The position numbers were made by a program, and so were the translations under genes. This document shows positions 50,086 through 60,772 of a stretch of DNA of 64,000 nt, piece after piece. The notes beneath the pieces are model-generated. The model saw only the letters and a list, made by a program, of their open reading frames with translations, had not been told where the DNA came from and made no database searches. Position 1 is the first letter of the stretch; every line of letters starts with the position of its first letter. Source of the DNA: Aquificaceae bacterium (lineage in GTDB: Bacteria; Aquificota; Aquificia; Aquificales; Aquificaceae); contig JBEPZX010000001.1 in assembly GCA_041640635.1 (NCBI GenBank), positions 104,764 through 168,763 on the forward strand. The letters are read 5' to 3'.

Positions 50086-50089
<4 letters not shown>
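47876..50089 (+). CDS. mrcA: Penicillin-binding protein 1A
   Basis: EDRNFYRH, GGSTITQQL, QPGSAIKP, SVN, GKTGT. Confidence 0.93.
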
Positions 50090-51485
<1,396 letters not shown>

Positions 51486-51540
51486 TATTCAATGATTTGT
51501 ACGTTTATGCTCGATACAATAAAACTAAAGTCTAAAACAC

Positions 51541-52164
51541 TCATACCTTTATAGGAAGGGATTTTAGTGGTCTTTCTTGATAAGGTTTAGTAAGCTTTAA
51601 GAACGCTAATGCAGTCATGTAAGCATCATCCAGGGCATTGTGAAATGTAGACTTAGGAAGTTTTAACTCTTCGAGTAGCTCTTCGAGGGTTGGGATCTGA
51701 TGTGGCTTTTTGGGTGTGTAAAGATCTAATACATCTAAGGTGTATGGGAAAAAGGATCCTTTGCATCCATCTTTTACTATTTTCCTGAGCATGCTTACAT
51801 CTATATGCACAAAAAAACCTACAAGAAGGCATCCTTTTGCGTATTCAAGAAATTTTTTGCAAACAGCTTCCACACTTATACCTTCTTGCAAATCCATAGG
51901 TGTTATTCCATGAACCTTTATAGACTCCTCGAACTTTCTAGGAACTCTTACCTTCTCGTAAAAAGTTTCAGAAAAACTCAAGCTCAGATTTTTTATTTTT
52001 ACGGCACCTATAGATATAGGATAATCTTTTTTCAAATCCAAACCTGTAGTTTCTGTATCGAAAACAACAAAGCACGTATCTTTTATTTTCTTATTAAAAT
52101 CTATATCCCAGTTAAAAAAATCAAAGTTTTTACTGTTAAGTAATTTATAGATTAGTCTTTTCAT
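51541..52164 (-). CDS. DEDDh 3'-5' exonuclease-family protein coupled to the DUF294 gene
   Basis: FDTETTGL, IKVHGI, HID, HNALDDA; ATGA overlap with the upstream gene. Confidence 0.85.
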   Translation of the reverse strand: MKRLIYKLLNSKNFDFFNWDIDFNKKIKDTCFVVFDTETTGLDLKKDYPISIGAVKIKNLSLSFSETFYEKVRVPRKFEESIKVHGITPMDLQEGISVEAVCKKFLEYAKGCLLVGFFVHIDVSMLRKIVKDGCKGSFFPYTLDVLDLYTPKKPHQIPTLEELLEELKLPKSTFHNALDDAYMTALAFLKLTKPYQERPLKSLPIKV

Positions 52165-54020
52165 TGTGTAAAATATCTAAGGTTATAGTGATTGTATAGG
52201 AAATCTTGAAAACTTTCTACCATTTTAAACACATCCTTAAGCAGCGTTCTTTCCGTCTTACTCAATCTGTCAGGCCTTATGTAGTTATCTGGGCTTTTGC
52301 CTTCTTTTATTTGCATAGCTTGAGACTTAAGCCTCAAACGGCTCAAAAACCTATAAGATTCTTGAATGTCATTTGAGAACTCTTTGCTTAGTATATTTAA
52401 TTTTTCCAATGCTTTAATTCTATCAAAAGTATTAGTCTCTCTTATCTTGTGTTCAAGGGACAAAACTCTTATACCCTGCGATATAGGAAATATACCACCT
52501 TTTTTTATATCAAATGCTCCTTTGTGATCTCCTGTCTTTTCCACTACAAAATTACCAAAAAATCCTATAGGTGGCTTGAACTTGACAGCTTGAGCTGCTA
52601 GGAAAGGTAAAAACATTTTATTATCATCTATATGGTTAAAAACCACATTGGATAGTTTCTCTATTAATGAAGAAGAACCAAAAACGTTTCTAAAATCGAA
52701 AAATATGGACATATTTAAAACATTTTCTGGTTTTGGATTGTTTATCCAGGAAAGAATTTCCGCCTCCCAATCCTGAAAGCTCCTTCTCCAGTAAGGATTA
52801 GATATCATAACATTACCTGGACATGGGGGGAAACCGATTTCCAGAAGCACTTTTATGTATTCTTGCGAAAACATTTTGAAATATTCCTTTACATCTATAT
52901 CCAGCATAGGCATCTCTTCATATATAAGCGCATTGTCTTGATCGGTATTTAAGCTCTGTTCCATCCTACCTTCGCTTCCTAAAACCATGATACTAAAGGG
53001 AACCATAGGTTCTTGCTTTAGTCTTTGTATGGTTAAATACACTGCTCTTTTCATGAACTTATCGTTGAGTTCTGATATATATTTGCCTACACGTTCAGGG
53101 TCAGTATGATTTAATACCATTTCTAATGCTGTTTCCTTCATTAATTGAAACAAGTAAGCAAGCTCCTGAGTAGTTTTGCTCTTTTCTATTTCCTTTATCA
53201 TAAAGATTAGGTTTTTACTTTCAAAAGCTATTATGTTTCTATCTTCTAAAACTCCTATTGGTTTGTTTCCTTCAAAGGCTACTACTTTTCTTATTCCGTG
53301 TTTTCCCATAAGTAACATGGCATCTATAACCAAGGAATCAGAACTTACACCAATCACTGGATATGTGGCTATTTGTTCTAATGTGACATCCTCTGGTTTT
53401 AATCCTTTAGATAGGACCTTTTTTAATACATCCCTTTCTGTAACTATTCCGTAGTGGTCATTAAGTTTAATTAGAGCATAAGTATAATCTTGCTCAACCA
53501 TAAGTCTTACAGCTTCGCTTACGGAAATTGTTTTATCAATTATCAAAGGTTCTTTAACCAATAGTTGTCTTACTGCAACGTTAGAAAACTTATCTAAACT
53601 TGTTTCCTCTTCTTTAATTGACGCTTTTTGTAATCTACTAGCTAGAGCCTTGGTGAAATAGTTACCAAAATCTGGGTATTCCTTTATGAGATTTTCAAAA
53701 ATCTTTTTTTGAAGTAAGAAGATAACAGAATCTTCCTGTGCTACAGCTGTAGAAGTTGGAGGAGTTGATCCTATAAGGGATAAAAAACCAAAATGCTCTC
53801 CATCATGGAGATACTCTATTACTCTGCTATCTTTTTTTAGTACAACGACCCCTTTTCTAATGGTATATAAGAAATCAAGAGGTGGTTCTCCTTCTGTGAA
53901 TATAACTTCACCTTTGGAAAATACCTTTACTACTAAGTTATGAGCAATCCTTGTTATTTCCTTTTCTGGTAATAAGCTAAACGGAGGACATTCTTTTAAA
54001 AATCGTTCAGCATCGAGCAT
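52161..54020 (-). CDS. cNMP-binding + CBS pair + DUF294/DUF294_C putative nucleotidyltransferase
   Basis: PPFSLL...IRKG.V...GEHFG (cNMP); GIVTERD (CBS); LGSEGRMEQ...TDQDNAL (NTase GS/DxD); CPGNVMISNP, FFDFR, DIKKGG. Confidence 0.9.
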   Translation of the reverse strand: MLDAERFLKECPPFSLLPEKEITRIAHNLVVKVFSKGEVIFTEGEPPLDFLYTIRKGVVVLKKDSRVIEYLHDGEHFGFLSLIGSTPPTSTAVAQEDSVIFLLQKKIFENLIKEYPDFGNYFTKALASRLQKASIKEEETSLDKFSNVAVRQLLVKEPLIIDKTISVSEAVRLMVEQDYTYALIKLNDHYGIVTERDVLKKVLSKGLKPEDVTLEQIATYPVIGVSSDSLVIDAMLLMGKHGIRKVVAFEGNKPIGVLEDRNIIAFESKNLIFMIKEIEKSKTTQELAYLFQLMKETALEMVLNHTDPERVGKYISELNDKFMKRAVYLTIQRLKQEPMVPFSIMVLGSEGRMEQSLNTDQDNALIYEEMPMLDIDVKEYFKMFSQEYIKVLLEIGFPPCPGNVMISNPYWRRSFQDWEAEILSWINNPKPENVLNMSIFFDFRNVFGSSSLIEKLSNVVFNHIDDNKMFLPFLAAQAVKFKPPIGFFGNFVVEKTGDHKGAFDIKKGGIFPISQGIRVLSLEHKIRETNTFDRIKALEKLNILSKEFSNDIQESYRFLSRLRLKSQAMQIKEGKSPDNYIRPDRLSKTERTLLKDVFKMVESFQDFLYNHYNLRYFTQ

Positions 54021-54021
54021 T

Positions 54022-54270
54022 TTACAAATATTTTATAGCTACAAGTCTAAGTACAAATATAAAAATTATTATCAATAATGTTTTACAACAAGGTAAGAAC
54101 TTAAATATGTTGTAAAGCCATTGAGTAGATCTATAAAAAAACACATATACAGGATTTTTCATAGGATCAGGCACAGCAAATATGGTATTTAGTAAAAAGT
54201 TCAAGATGGCTCGCCCGATGACGAGCCACATAAAGAAGGCAAGTGTATAGTTGATTATTTCTTTCATCAT
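54022..54270 (-). CDS. Small membrane protein (YggT-like)
   Basis: Hydrophobic; GRAIL...NPVYVFFYRST pattern; packed tightly in the operon. Confidence 0.65.
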   Translation of the reverse strand: MMKEIINYTLAFFMWLVIGRAILNFLLNTIFAVPDPMKNPVYVFFYRSTQWLYNIFKFLPCCKTLLIIIFIFVLRLVAIKYL

Positions 54271-56270
54271 TCTTCTGCTTTAATATGCGCTACCTCTCCT
54301 TTTGGATACTTTAGACTATCCACAAATTCCTGAATTTCCTTGCTTGGTGGTGGGGTTATTCTAGAAACGATCAATGCTACAATGAAGTTTGCAGGAATAC
54401 CAAATATACCAGCTGCAATAGCCTTTATACCATATATTTCAAGTCCATAAAACCTGTTTCCTATTATGTATATAAGTGCCACAGAGAGACCTACTACCAT
54501 ACCAGCTATCGCACCGTGTTTGTTCATTCTCTTATCCCATATACCTAAAACCAATGCTGGGAAGAAGGAAGAAGCAGCTATAGAGAAGGCCCAAGCTACT
54601 ATATCTACTATAATTGCCAGTCTAAAGCTTGCTATATAAGCAGCTATTAATGCTACTACCAATAATAAGGCCTTTCCAATTTTAACTCTCGTAGATGGAG
54701 AAATATTAGGATTTATGATTTTGTAGTACAAGTCGTGAGATATAGCATTTGATATGGTTATCAAAAGACCATCTGCTGTGGAGAGTGCTGCTGCAAAACC
54801 GCCAGCTGCTATAAAAGCAGATATAACATAAGGTAGACCGGCAATTTCAGGTGTTGCTAGAACTACTGCGTCTGGATGGATTATTATTTCGGAAAACTGT
54901 ATTATACCATCACCGTTTATATCTTGGATTTTAACTAACCCTGCACTGCCCCATTTAGCAACCCATGCTGGAAGTTCCGAAAAAGCTTTGCCTACTAAGT
55001 TAGTTAGAACTTCATTCCTACCTAATGCAGCATACGAAGGTGCTGTTATATACAGAAGTAGTATGAAGAATAGAGCCCAACCCGCTGATGTTCTTGCTTC
55101 TCTAATTGTAGGAGTAGTATAAAATCTCATTAGCACGTGTGGTAAACCAGCTGTACCAACCATCAAGCAGAAAGTCAGAGCCAGAAAGTTTACCATGCCT
55201 TTAACATCTGTAGGTGGAGCTACGTAAGATTTAGGTGGTTTAGACATATCTTCTGCTTTCTTCTTATCCTCAGACCATTTTGTCTTAGCTTCTTCTGGGG
55301 ATTTAGGATACTCCTTTAGTGCTTTTTCTATTTTTGCCCTTTCTGGATCATCTACAGGTAAAGCATTAAGCTTTTCTTCCAAGGCTTTTTTGCCTTCTTC
55401 CCAGCTTGCGGGAAGAGCTTTTATTTTCTGATCTATTTCTTCAGCTCTACGTTTCCATATTTGCCTTACTTCTTGTTCTTTCGGATCTTCTTTTATATTT
55501 GCGAGCTTGCTTTCAATACTTTGAAGTACTTGACCATACGCCAACTGAGGGAAAGGTATACCTGTTTGTTTATAAGATATGGCAAAAACAGGGATCATGT
55601 AAGCTATTATCAAAACTATGTATTGTGCAACTTGTGTCCATGTAACAGCTTTCATACCACCTAAAAATGAACAAACTAGAATGCCTAAAAGTCCAAAGAA
55701 TACAGCTGCTTCGAATGGAATACCAATGATTCTGCTCATTATGATACCAGCACCTGTAACTTGAGCAATTAAGTATGCAAGAGAAGCTATTATTGCTGCA
55801 ATTACACCCACAAATCTAACTACTTTGCCCCCGTATCTAGCTTCCAAAAAGTCAGGAATAGTGTATTGGCCAAATTTTCTAAGGTAAGGTGCTATCAAGA
55901 CGGCAAGCAATACGTAACCGCCTGTCCAACCCATTATGAAGGCAAGTCCATTGTAACCTTGGTGATATAGAGCACCTGCCATACCTATGAAGGATGCTGC
56001 AGACATCCAGTCAGCAGCTGTTGCCATACCGTTGAAAACTGCTGGAACTCTCCTACCTGCTACGTAATATTCGGCAGCTTTACCTGTTCTGGAAATAATA
56101 CCAATAGTGGCGTAAACCAGAATAGTACCAAAAACGAATGCGTAACCTATGTATGCGGCGGGTAAACCTAGTTGTTCTCCTATACCTAGAATAATTAAGA
56201 ATAAAAGCAAACCACCTGTATAGATAGCATAAACCTTTCTCAGTCTGCTTGCAAAGCTCTCTCTTTCCAT
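54267..56270 (-). CDS. Sodium:solute symporter, ActP/VC_2705-like (probable acetate/monocarboxylate permease)
   Basis: NGMATAADWMSAASF, RKFGQYTIPDF, GGMKAVTWTQ, GTAGLPH, AALSTADGLL. Confidence 0.9.
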   Translation of the reverse strand: MERESFASRLRKVYAIYTGGLLLFLIILGIGEQLGLPAAYIGYAFVFGTILVYATIGIISRTGKAAEYYVAGRRVPAVFNGMATAADWMSAASFIGMAGALYHQGYNGLAFIMGWTGGYVLLAVLIAPYLRKFGQYTIPDFLEARYGGKVVRFVGVIAAIIASLAYLIAQVTGAGIIMSRIIGIPFEAAVFFGLLGILVCSFLGGMKAVTWTQVAQYIVLIIAYMIPVFAISYKQTGIPFPQLAYGQVLQSIESKLANIKEDPKEQEVRQIWKRRAEEIDQKIKALPASWEEGKKALEEKLNALPVDDPERAKIEKALKEYPKSPEEAKTKWSEDKKKAEDMSKPPKSYVAPPTDVKGMVNFLALTFCLMVGTAGLPHVLMRFYTTPTIREARTSAGWALFFILLLYITAPSYAALGRNEVLTNLVGKAFSELPAWVAKWGSAGLVKIQDINGDGIIQFSEIIIHPDAVVLATPEIAGLPYVISAFIAAGGFAAALSTADGLLITISNAISHDLYYKIINPNISPSTRVKIGKALLLVVALIAAYIASFRLAIIVDIVAWAFSIAASSFFPALVLGIWDKRMNKHGAIAGMVVGLSVALIYIIGNRFYGLEIYGIKAIAAGIFGIPANFIVALIVSRITPPPSKEIQEFVDSLKYPKGEVAHIKAEE

Positions 56271-56271
56271 C

Positions 56272-56529
56272 TTATTCCTCCTTTACTCCAAACTCATCAT
56301 CGATAGCATCCATTTTTTTGTTGTAAACAATCAAAAGCACTATAAAGGCTATTAAGGATCCCTGTGCTCCCATGTAATAACCTAATGGGAATCCTATTAT
56401 GGTGATTTTGTTTAAAAAGCCAGCTATAATTGCAGCCCCATAAGATACCAGGGCCCACAGCACTAAAACGATAATAGTAAGGCTTCTTACTTTACCCCAA
56501 TATTGGGATAGTTGTTCTTTGGTAAGCAT
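56272..56529 (-). CDS. DUF4212 small subunit of solute symporter
   Basis: YW...LW..VSY...GFPLGYYMGAQGS...D.EFGV.E. Confidence 0.88.
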   Translation of the reverse strand: MLTKEQLSQYWGKVRSLTIIVLVLWALVSYGAAIIAGFLNKITIIGFPLGYYMGAQGSLIAFIVLLIVYNKKMDAIDDEFGVKEE

Positions 56530-56575
56530 GTTATACCTCCTTATTTAAGCTTATAAGGGCAAAAATTTATGACAT

Positions 56576-56603
56576 ATTATACAAACTTTTGCATAGTTGT
56601 CAA
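56576..56603 (-). promoter_or_regulatory. Sigma70 promoter of symporter/DUF294 operon
   Basis: TTGACA-16 bp-TATAAT on the minus strand. Confidence 0.7.
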
Positions 56604-56725
56604 GAAAATAAGAGAAAAAGAATATACTTAATTTCCATTTAAACGATTTTTGCAATAATTTTCAATTCAAAAATATATGTTTTTAATCATAACTTTTTGA
56701 AAAATTCATTTTTTAGTATTTCTTT

Positions 56726-56734
56726 TGCTATAAT
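56726..56734 (+). promoter_or_regulatory. Extended -10 element of acs
   Basis: TGCTATAAT upstream of the GAGGAGGT RBS. Confidence 0.55.
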
Positions 56735-56763
56735 TTTTGAAAGTACCATTGAGGAGGTAAGCC

Positions 56764-58653
56764 ATGAGTCAAAGGGATGAAGTACTTTTGAAGGTAGAAG
56801 AAAAATACATACCCTCATCTAGTATTATTGAAAGAGCCTTTATTAAGGACTATGAAAGCTTGTACAAGGAGTCTGTTGAAAGCAGAGAGGACTTTTGGGC
56901 AAGAATTGCTGAAGAACTTCACTGGTTTTCCAAATGGGATAAGGTGTTTGAGTGGAAATTCCCTTACTATCAGTGGTTTGTGAACGGTAAAACTAATATT
57001 ACTTATAATTGCTTAGACAGACATGCAAAAAGTGGTAGAAGGAACAAAGTGGCTTATATATGGGTGGGTGAAAATGGACAAGAGAGAAAGGTAACTTACG
57101 GTGAGCTTTTAGAGCTAGTAAGTAGAATTGCCAATGGCCTAAAGTCCTTAGGTGTTAAGAAAGGAGACAGGGTTTCTATATATATGCCTAATACAATAGA
57201 AGCGATTGCTTGCATGCTTGCCTGCGCCAGAATTGGAGCTATCCATAGTGTAGTTTTTGCAGGATTTAGCGAAGGTGCACTAAGACTAAGAATAGAAGAT
57301 GCAAAGGCTAAGGTAGTGCTAACGGCAAGTTATACAGAAAGAAGGGGTAAGAAAGTAGACTTGCTTTCTACAGTTAAAAAAGCTATAGACGGACTTAATT
57401 TTGTAGAAAAGGTAGTTGTTTGGGACAGAGAAGGTGATGCTGACTTAGATGGTAGTTTATTTATAAGCTTAGATGAATTGATGAAAAGTAGTTCGCCTTT
57501 GTGTGAACCGGAAGTCATGGATTCAGAAGACCCCCTCTTTATACTTTATACATCGGGGACAACAGGAAAACCCAAAGGAGTGCTTCATACGACTGGTGGG
57601 TACATGGTAGGTACTTACTTTACATCAAAAGTAGTTTTTGACCTTCATGAGGATGATATATACTGGTGTACAGCGGATATAGGTTGGATCACGGGTCACA
57701 GTTATATCGTATATGGTCCATTGGCTAACGGTGTTACTTCTGTTATAACAGAAGGTGCGCCAGACTATCCAAATCCAGGAAGATGGTGGTCTTATGTAGA
57801 AAAGTATAGAGTGAATGTATTTTATACTGCTCCAACAGCAGTTAGAATGTTTATGAGATATGGAGAAGAATGGCCTGCCAAATACGACTTATCATCTTTG
57901 AAGATACTTGGTTCTGTCGGTGAGCCAATAAACCCAGAAGCATGGCATTGGTATTACAAACATATAGGTAGAGAAAAGTGCGTAATAGTTGACACTTGGT
58001 GGCAAACGGAAACAGGAATGCATATGATAACCACTGTACCTTCTTATCCCGCAAAGCCAGGGAAAGCTGGCAAACCATTTTTTACTATTGAAGCTCTTGT
58101 CGTTGATAAAGACGGAAACCCATTACCACCTAATACTGTAGGTAACTTGGTGATACAAACTCCATGGCCATCAGCGCTCAGAACATGTTGGGGAGAACCA
58201 GAAAGGTTTGAAAAGTATTGGACTACTATAAATGGTTACTATTTAACTGGCGACCTTGCTACCATGGACGAAGAAGGCTACATAATGATACTGGGAAGGT
58301 CCGATGATGTTTTAAATGTAGCAGGACATAGAATAGGTACTATGGAAGTAGAAAGCGCACTGGTAGATCACCATGCAGTAGCAGAAGCAGCAGTAATAGG
58401 CAAGCCACACGAGATAAAAGGTGAAGCAATAAAAGCTTTTGTAATACTTAAAAAAGGATACGAACCATCCGATAAACTTGCTGAAGAGATAAAACACCAT
58501 GTTAAACAAGTACTTGGTCCAATAGCTGTACCTGATGAAATAGCCTTTGTGGAAAAGCTTCCAAAAACAAGAAGTGGTAAGATAATGAGAAGAGTGCTAA
58601 AAGCTCAAGAACTTGGACTACCTGTAGGAGACGTATCTACTTTGGAGGACTAA
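56764..58653 (+). CDS. acs: Acetyl-CoA synthetase (AMP-forming)
   Basis: YTSGTTGKPKG, GWITGHSY, DTWWQTETG, GRSDD, PKTRSGKIMRR. Confidence 0.96.
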   Translation: MSQRDEVLLKVEEKYIPSSSIIERAFIKDYESLYKESVESREDFWARIAEELHWFSKWDKVFEWKFPYYQWFVNGKTNITYNCLDRHAKSGRRNKVAYIWVGENGQERKVTYGELLELVSRIANGLKSLGVKKGDRVSIYMPNTIEAIACMLACARIGAIHSVVFAGFSEGALRLRIEDAKAKVVLTASYTERRGKKVDLLSTVKKAIDGLNFVEKVVVWDREGDADLDGSLFISLDELMKSSSPLCEPEVMDSEDPLFILYTSGTTGKPKGVLHTTGGYMVGTYFTSKVVFDLHEDDIYWCTADIGWITGHSYIVYGPLANGVTSVITEGAPDYPNPGRWWSYVEKYRVNVFYTAPTAVRMFMRYGEEWPAKYDLSSLKILGSVGEPINPEAWHWYYKHIGREKCVIVDTWWQTETGMHMITTVPSYPAKPGKAGKPFFTIEALVVDKDGNPLPPNTVGNLVIQTPWPSALRTCWGEPERFEKYWTTINGYYLTGDLATMDEEGYIMILGRSDDVLNVAGHRIGTMEVESALVDHHAVAEAAVIGKPHEIKGEAIKAFVILKKGYEPSDKLAEEIKHHVKQVLGPIAVPDEIAFVEKLPKTRSGKIMRRVLKAQELGLPVGDVSTLED

Positions 58654-58659
58654 CTCTTT

Positions 58660-58677
58660 GGGGCTTTGCCCCTTTTT
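58660..58677 (+). terminator. Rho-independent terminator after acs
   Basis: GGGGC-TTT-GCCCC-TTTTT. Confidence 0.7.
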
Positions 58678-58843
58678 GTTGTTTTTATACAGCTGGAGTT
58701 CTTAAATCTGCTTGCTCCATTAGAAATTTTAACAAACCCCTAAAGCAAGTTTTTATTTCATATTTTTGGTTGCTAGGTGTGGTATATAAGAAATATAAGA
58801 ATATAAAAAAAACATATAACGTACTTGTTTTAGGAGGTGGGAT

Positions 58844-60285
58844 ATGAAGCTCAAAAAATTGCTTTTATTGCGATGATTTTAGCGATTACTCAAAGCTTAT
58901 CCGCAAGTGCGGAGGACCAATATGGAAAGGATATCAAAGAAAGAAAGCTCGAAGTTCCTACATGTTCGAAGCCATTAGCGACCATTGTTGCAAGAGGTTT
59001 TAAATGTAAGGCTGCACAGTGCAGCGGTAGCACCCTTGTATTTGGCCCCGGCTACACTATTGATCTATCTCCAAAGGCGTTAGGGGATGGTCTTTCCGAT
59101 ATGCTCGTTACAGCACTTGTGAAAACTGGATGTTTTAAAGTTCTTGAAAGGGGGGTTATGGAGGAGTTAAAGGAAGAGTTGGGATTGCTTGGAGTTAAAC
59201 CACAGCAAGCACTCCAGGGTGCTGACATACTTCTGACAGGTGCTATAACCGCTCTAGAGGTCAAGGCAAGTGAAACAGAAGGTGGGGGTATTGTAGTACC
59301 TCTTCCATTTATAGGAGGTTTAAAGTTAAGTAAAAGTAGCGCACACATAGGTCTTGATATAAGGTTGATACATATCAGGACACAAGACGTTATCAGTGCA
59401 AAAAGTGTAGAAGGAAAATCTGAAAGGTGGAAAACTGGTGTAGTTGGTGGAGGGTTAATAGGGGAGGTTTTTGCAGGTGGTTTGTTTAATACATTTAAGA
59501 ATACTCCACTTGAGGAAGCAACAAGGGATCTAATTGTCCATGCAGTGGCTCTTATTGTTGAGGATGTGCGTGCTTATATTGCCAAAAATCCATTTCCTAA
59601 GTCTTCCACAAACCCAACAGTATCTACACAAACTACCGGAGATACAGCATCTTCTCCCCAATTGAAGCCTTCTACAGAAGGTGTAGCATCAAATGGTGGA
59701 CTCCAGAGAAAAGAGGTAGCCTTCGTTCCCGGCAACACACTTATATGGCAAGAAGATTTTTCCAAATGCGATTTGATTCCTACAGGCTTTAAGATAGTTA
59801 AAGGCAACGTAGAGTGCGTATCCTTTGGTGGTAAGAAGTGGATTACTGGAGTTAAAGGAGACACAGTTGTAGAAAAAGAAATTCCTAATTGGGATCTTTC
59901 AAAGGACTGGGCTCTTGAGTTTGACCTTTATATATCGGAACAATTCTATGGTGACAGTGCAAAGGTATTCATAGGAATACAAGAAAGTCCTTATCAGCTT
60001 AAGATTAGCGGAGGTGATTGGCATGAGCATGGTCAGTGGTCAGGTAAACCACTTCCCGATATACCAAAACCAGCTGCAAAGTCCGTACACCACGTAGCTA
60101 TCCAAAAGAAAGGTGATACATTTATCATTTTCTTTAACGGAAAGAGAATATTTACAACTACAGCGGACGTTTTGAGCCTTTCCCGCTCACAAAAGAGCTT
60201 ATTCTTTACTCCTGGATACGATCAAGCAGATATATCAGCCGGAAGGTATGTTCTTGTTACCAATATAAGACTTACACAGTACTGA
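58844..60285 (+). CDS. CsgG/HfaB-family protein fused to a ConA/LamG-like beta domain; start disrupted by a frameshift
   Basis: GLSDMLVTALVKTGCFKVLER, GADILLTGAIT, LDIRLI; S/T-rich linker; HHVAIQKKG...FFNGK. The SD-linked ATG at 58844 is out of frame with the main ORF (58837..60285). Confidence 0.75.
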
Positions 60286-60290
60286 TTGCA

Positions 60291-60322
60291 AAAAGCCAGG
60301 ATCTACACCGGGTCCTGGCTTT
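60291..60322. terminator. Bidirectional terminator between convergent genes
   Basis: AAAGCCAGGATC-TACACCG-GGTCCTGGCTTT inverted repeat with A/T tails. Confidence 0.8.
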
Positions 60323-60772
60323 CTAATGCTCCGCCTGTATCTTGTAAGTGCCTTCCATCCACCCTTCTGGGTAGTACCAATCTCTGAAATGTTTATATCC
60401 TACAGCTCTTAACTTTTTGCCCATTCGTGTTTCCTCTACTGGTAAGCCTTTTTTTAGCTCGTGTAAAGTTTCTTTGTCTGTGTAATACTCTATGAATACA
60501 CGCCTAAAATGATTAGCTAGAAGTTTATACAGAAAGTCTTCTGCAAGAGTTGAAAAGAAAGTTTCTTTTATACTAAAGAGTTCTGCCCATTCTTTGTAGT
60601 ATGGTTTTCTCCCATAAAAAACCTTTATGAACATTACTCTTTGCCCATTGAGTGTAAGAGTGATATTTTCTTCTTCTATAAATCTTCCTTGCTCCACCTT
60701 AGAAGCTTTAAGTGTGTAATTGTCTACAAAAATACCTTCTATCAACTTTTTTGTAAATTTCTTCGGATCCAT
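60323..60772 (-). CDS. DUF1122 family protein
   Basis: KVFYGRKPYY..W.E, VFIEY..D.ET, TRMG, FRDWYYPEGWMEG..K. Confidence 0.85.
   Translation of the reverse strand: MDPKKFTKKLIEGIFVDNYTLKASKVEQGRFIEEENITLTLNGQRVMFIKVFYGRKPYYKEWAELFSIKETFFSTLAEDFLYKLLANHFRRVFIEYYTDKETLHELKKGLPVEETRMGKKLRAVGYKHFRDWYYPEGWMEGTYKIQAEH

Noticed and set aside
56712..56730. Possible sigma54 promoter upstream of acs (TTTGCT)
   Set aside because: The invariant -24 GG is missing; an extended sigma70 -10 explains the site better.
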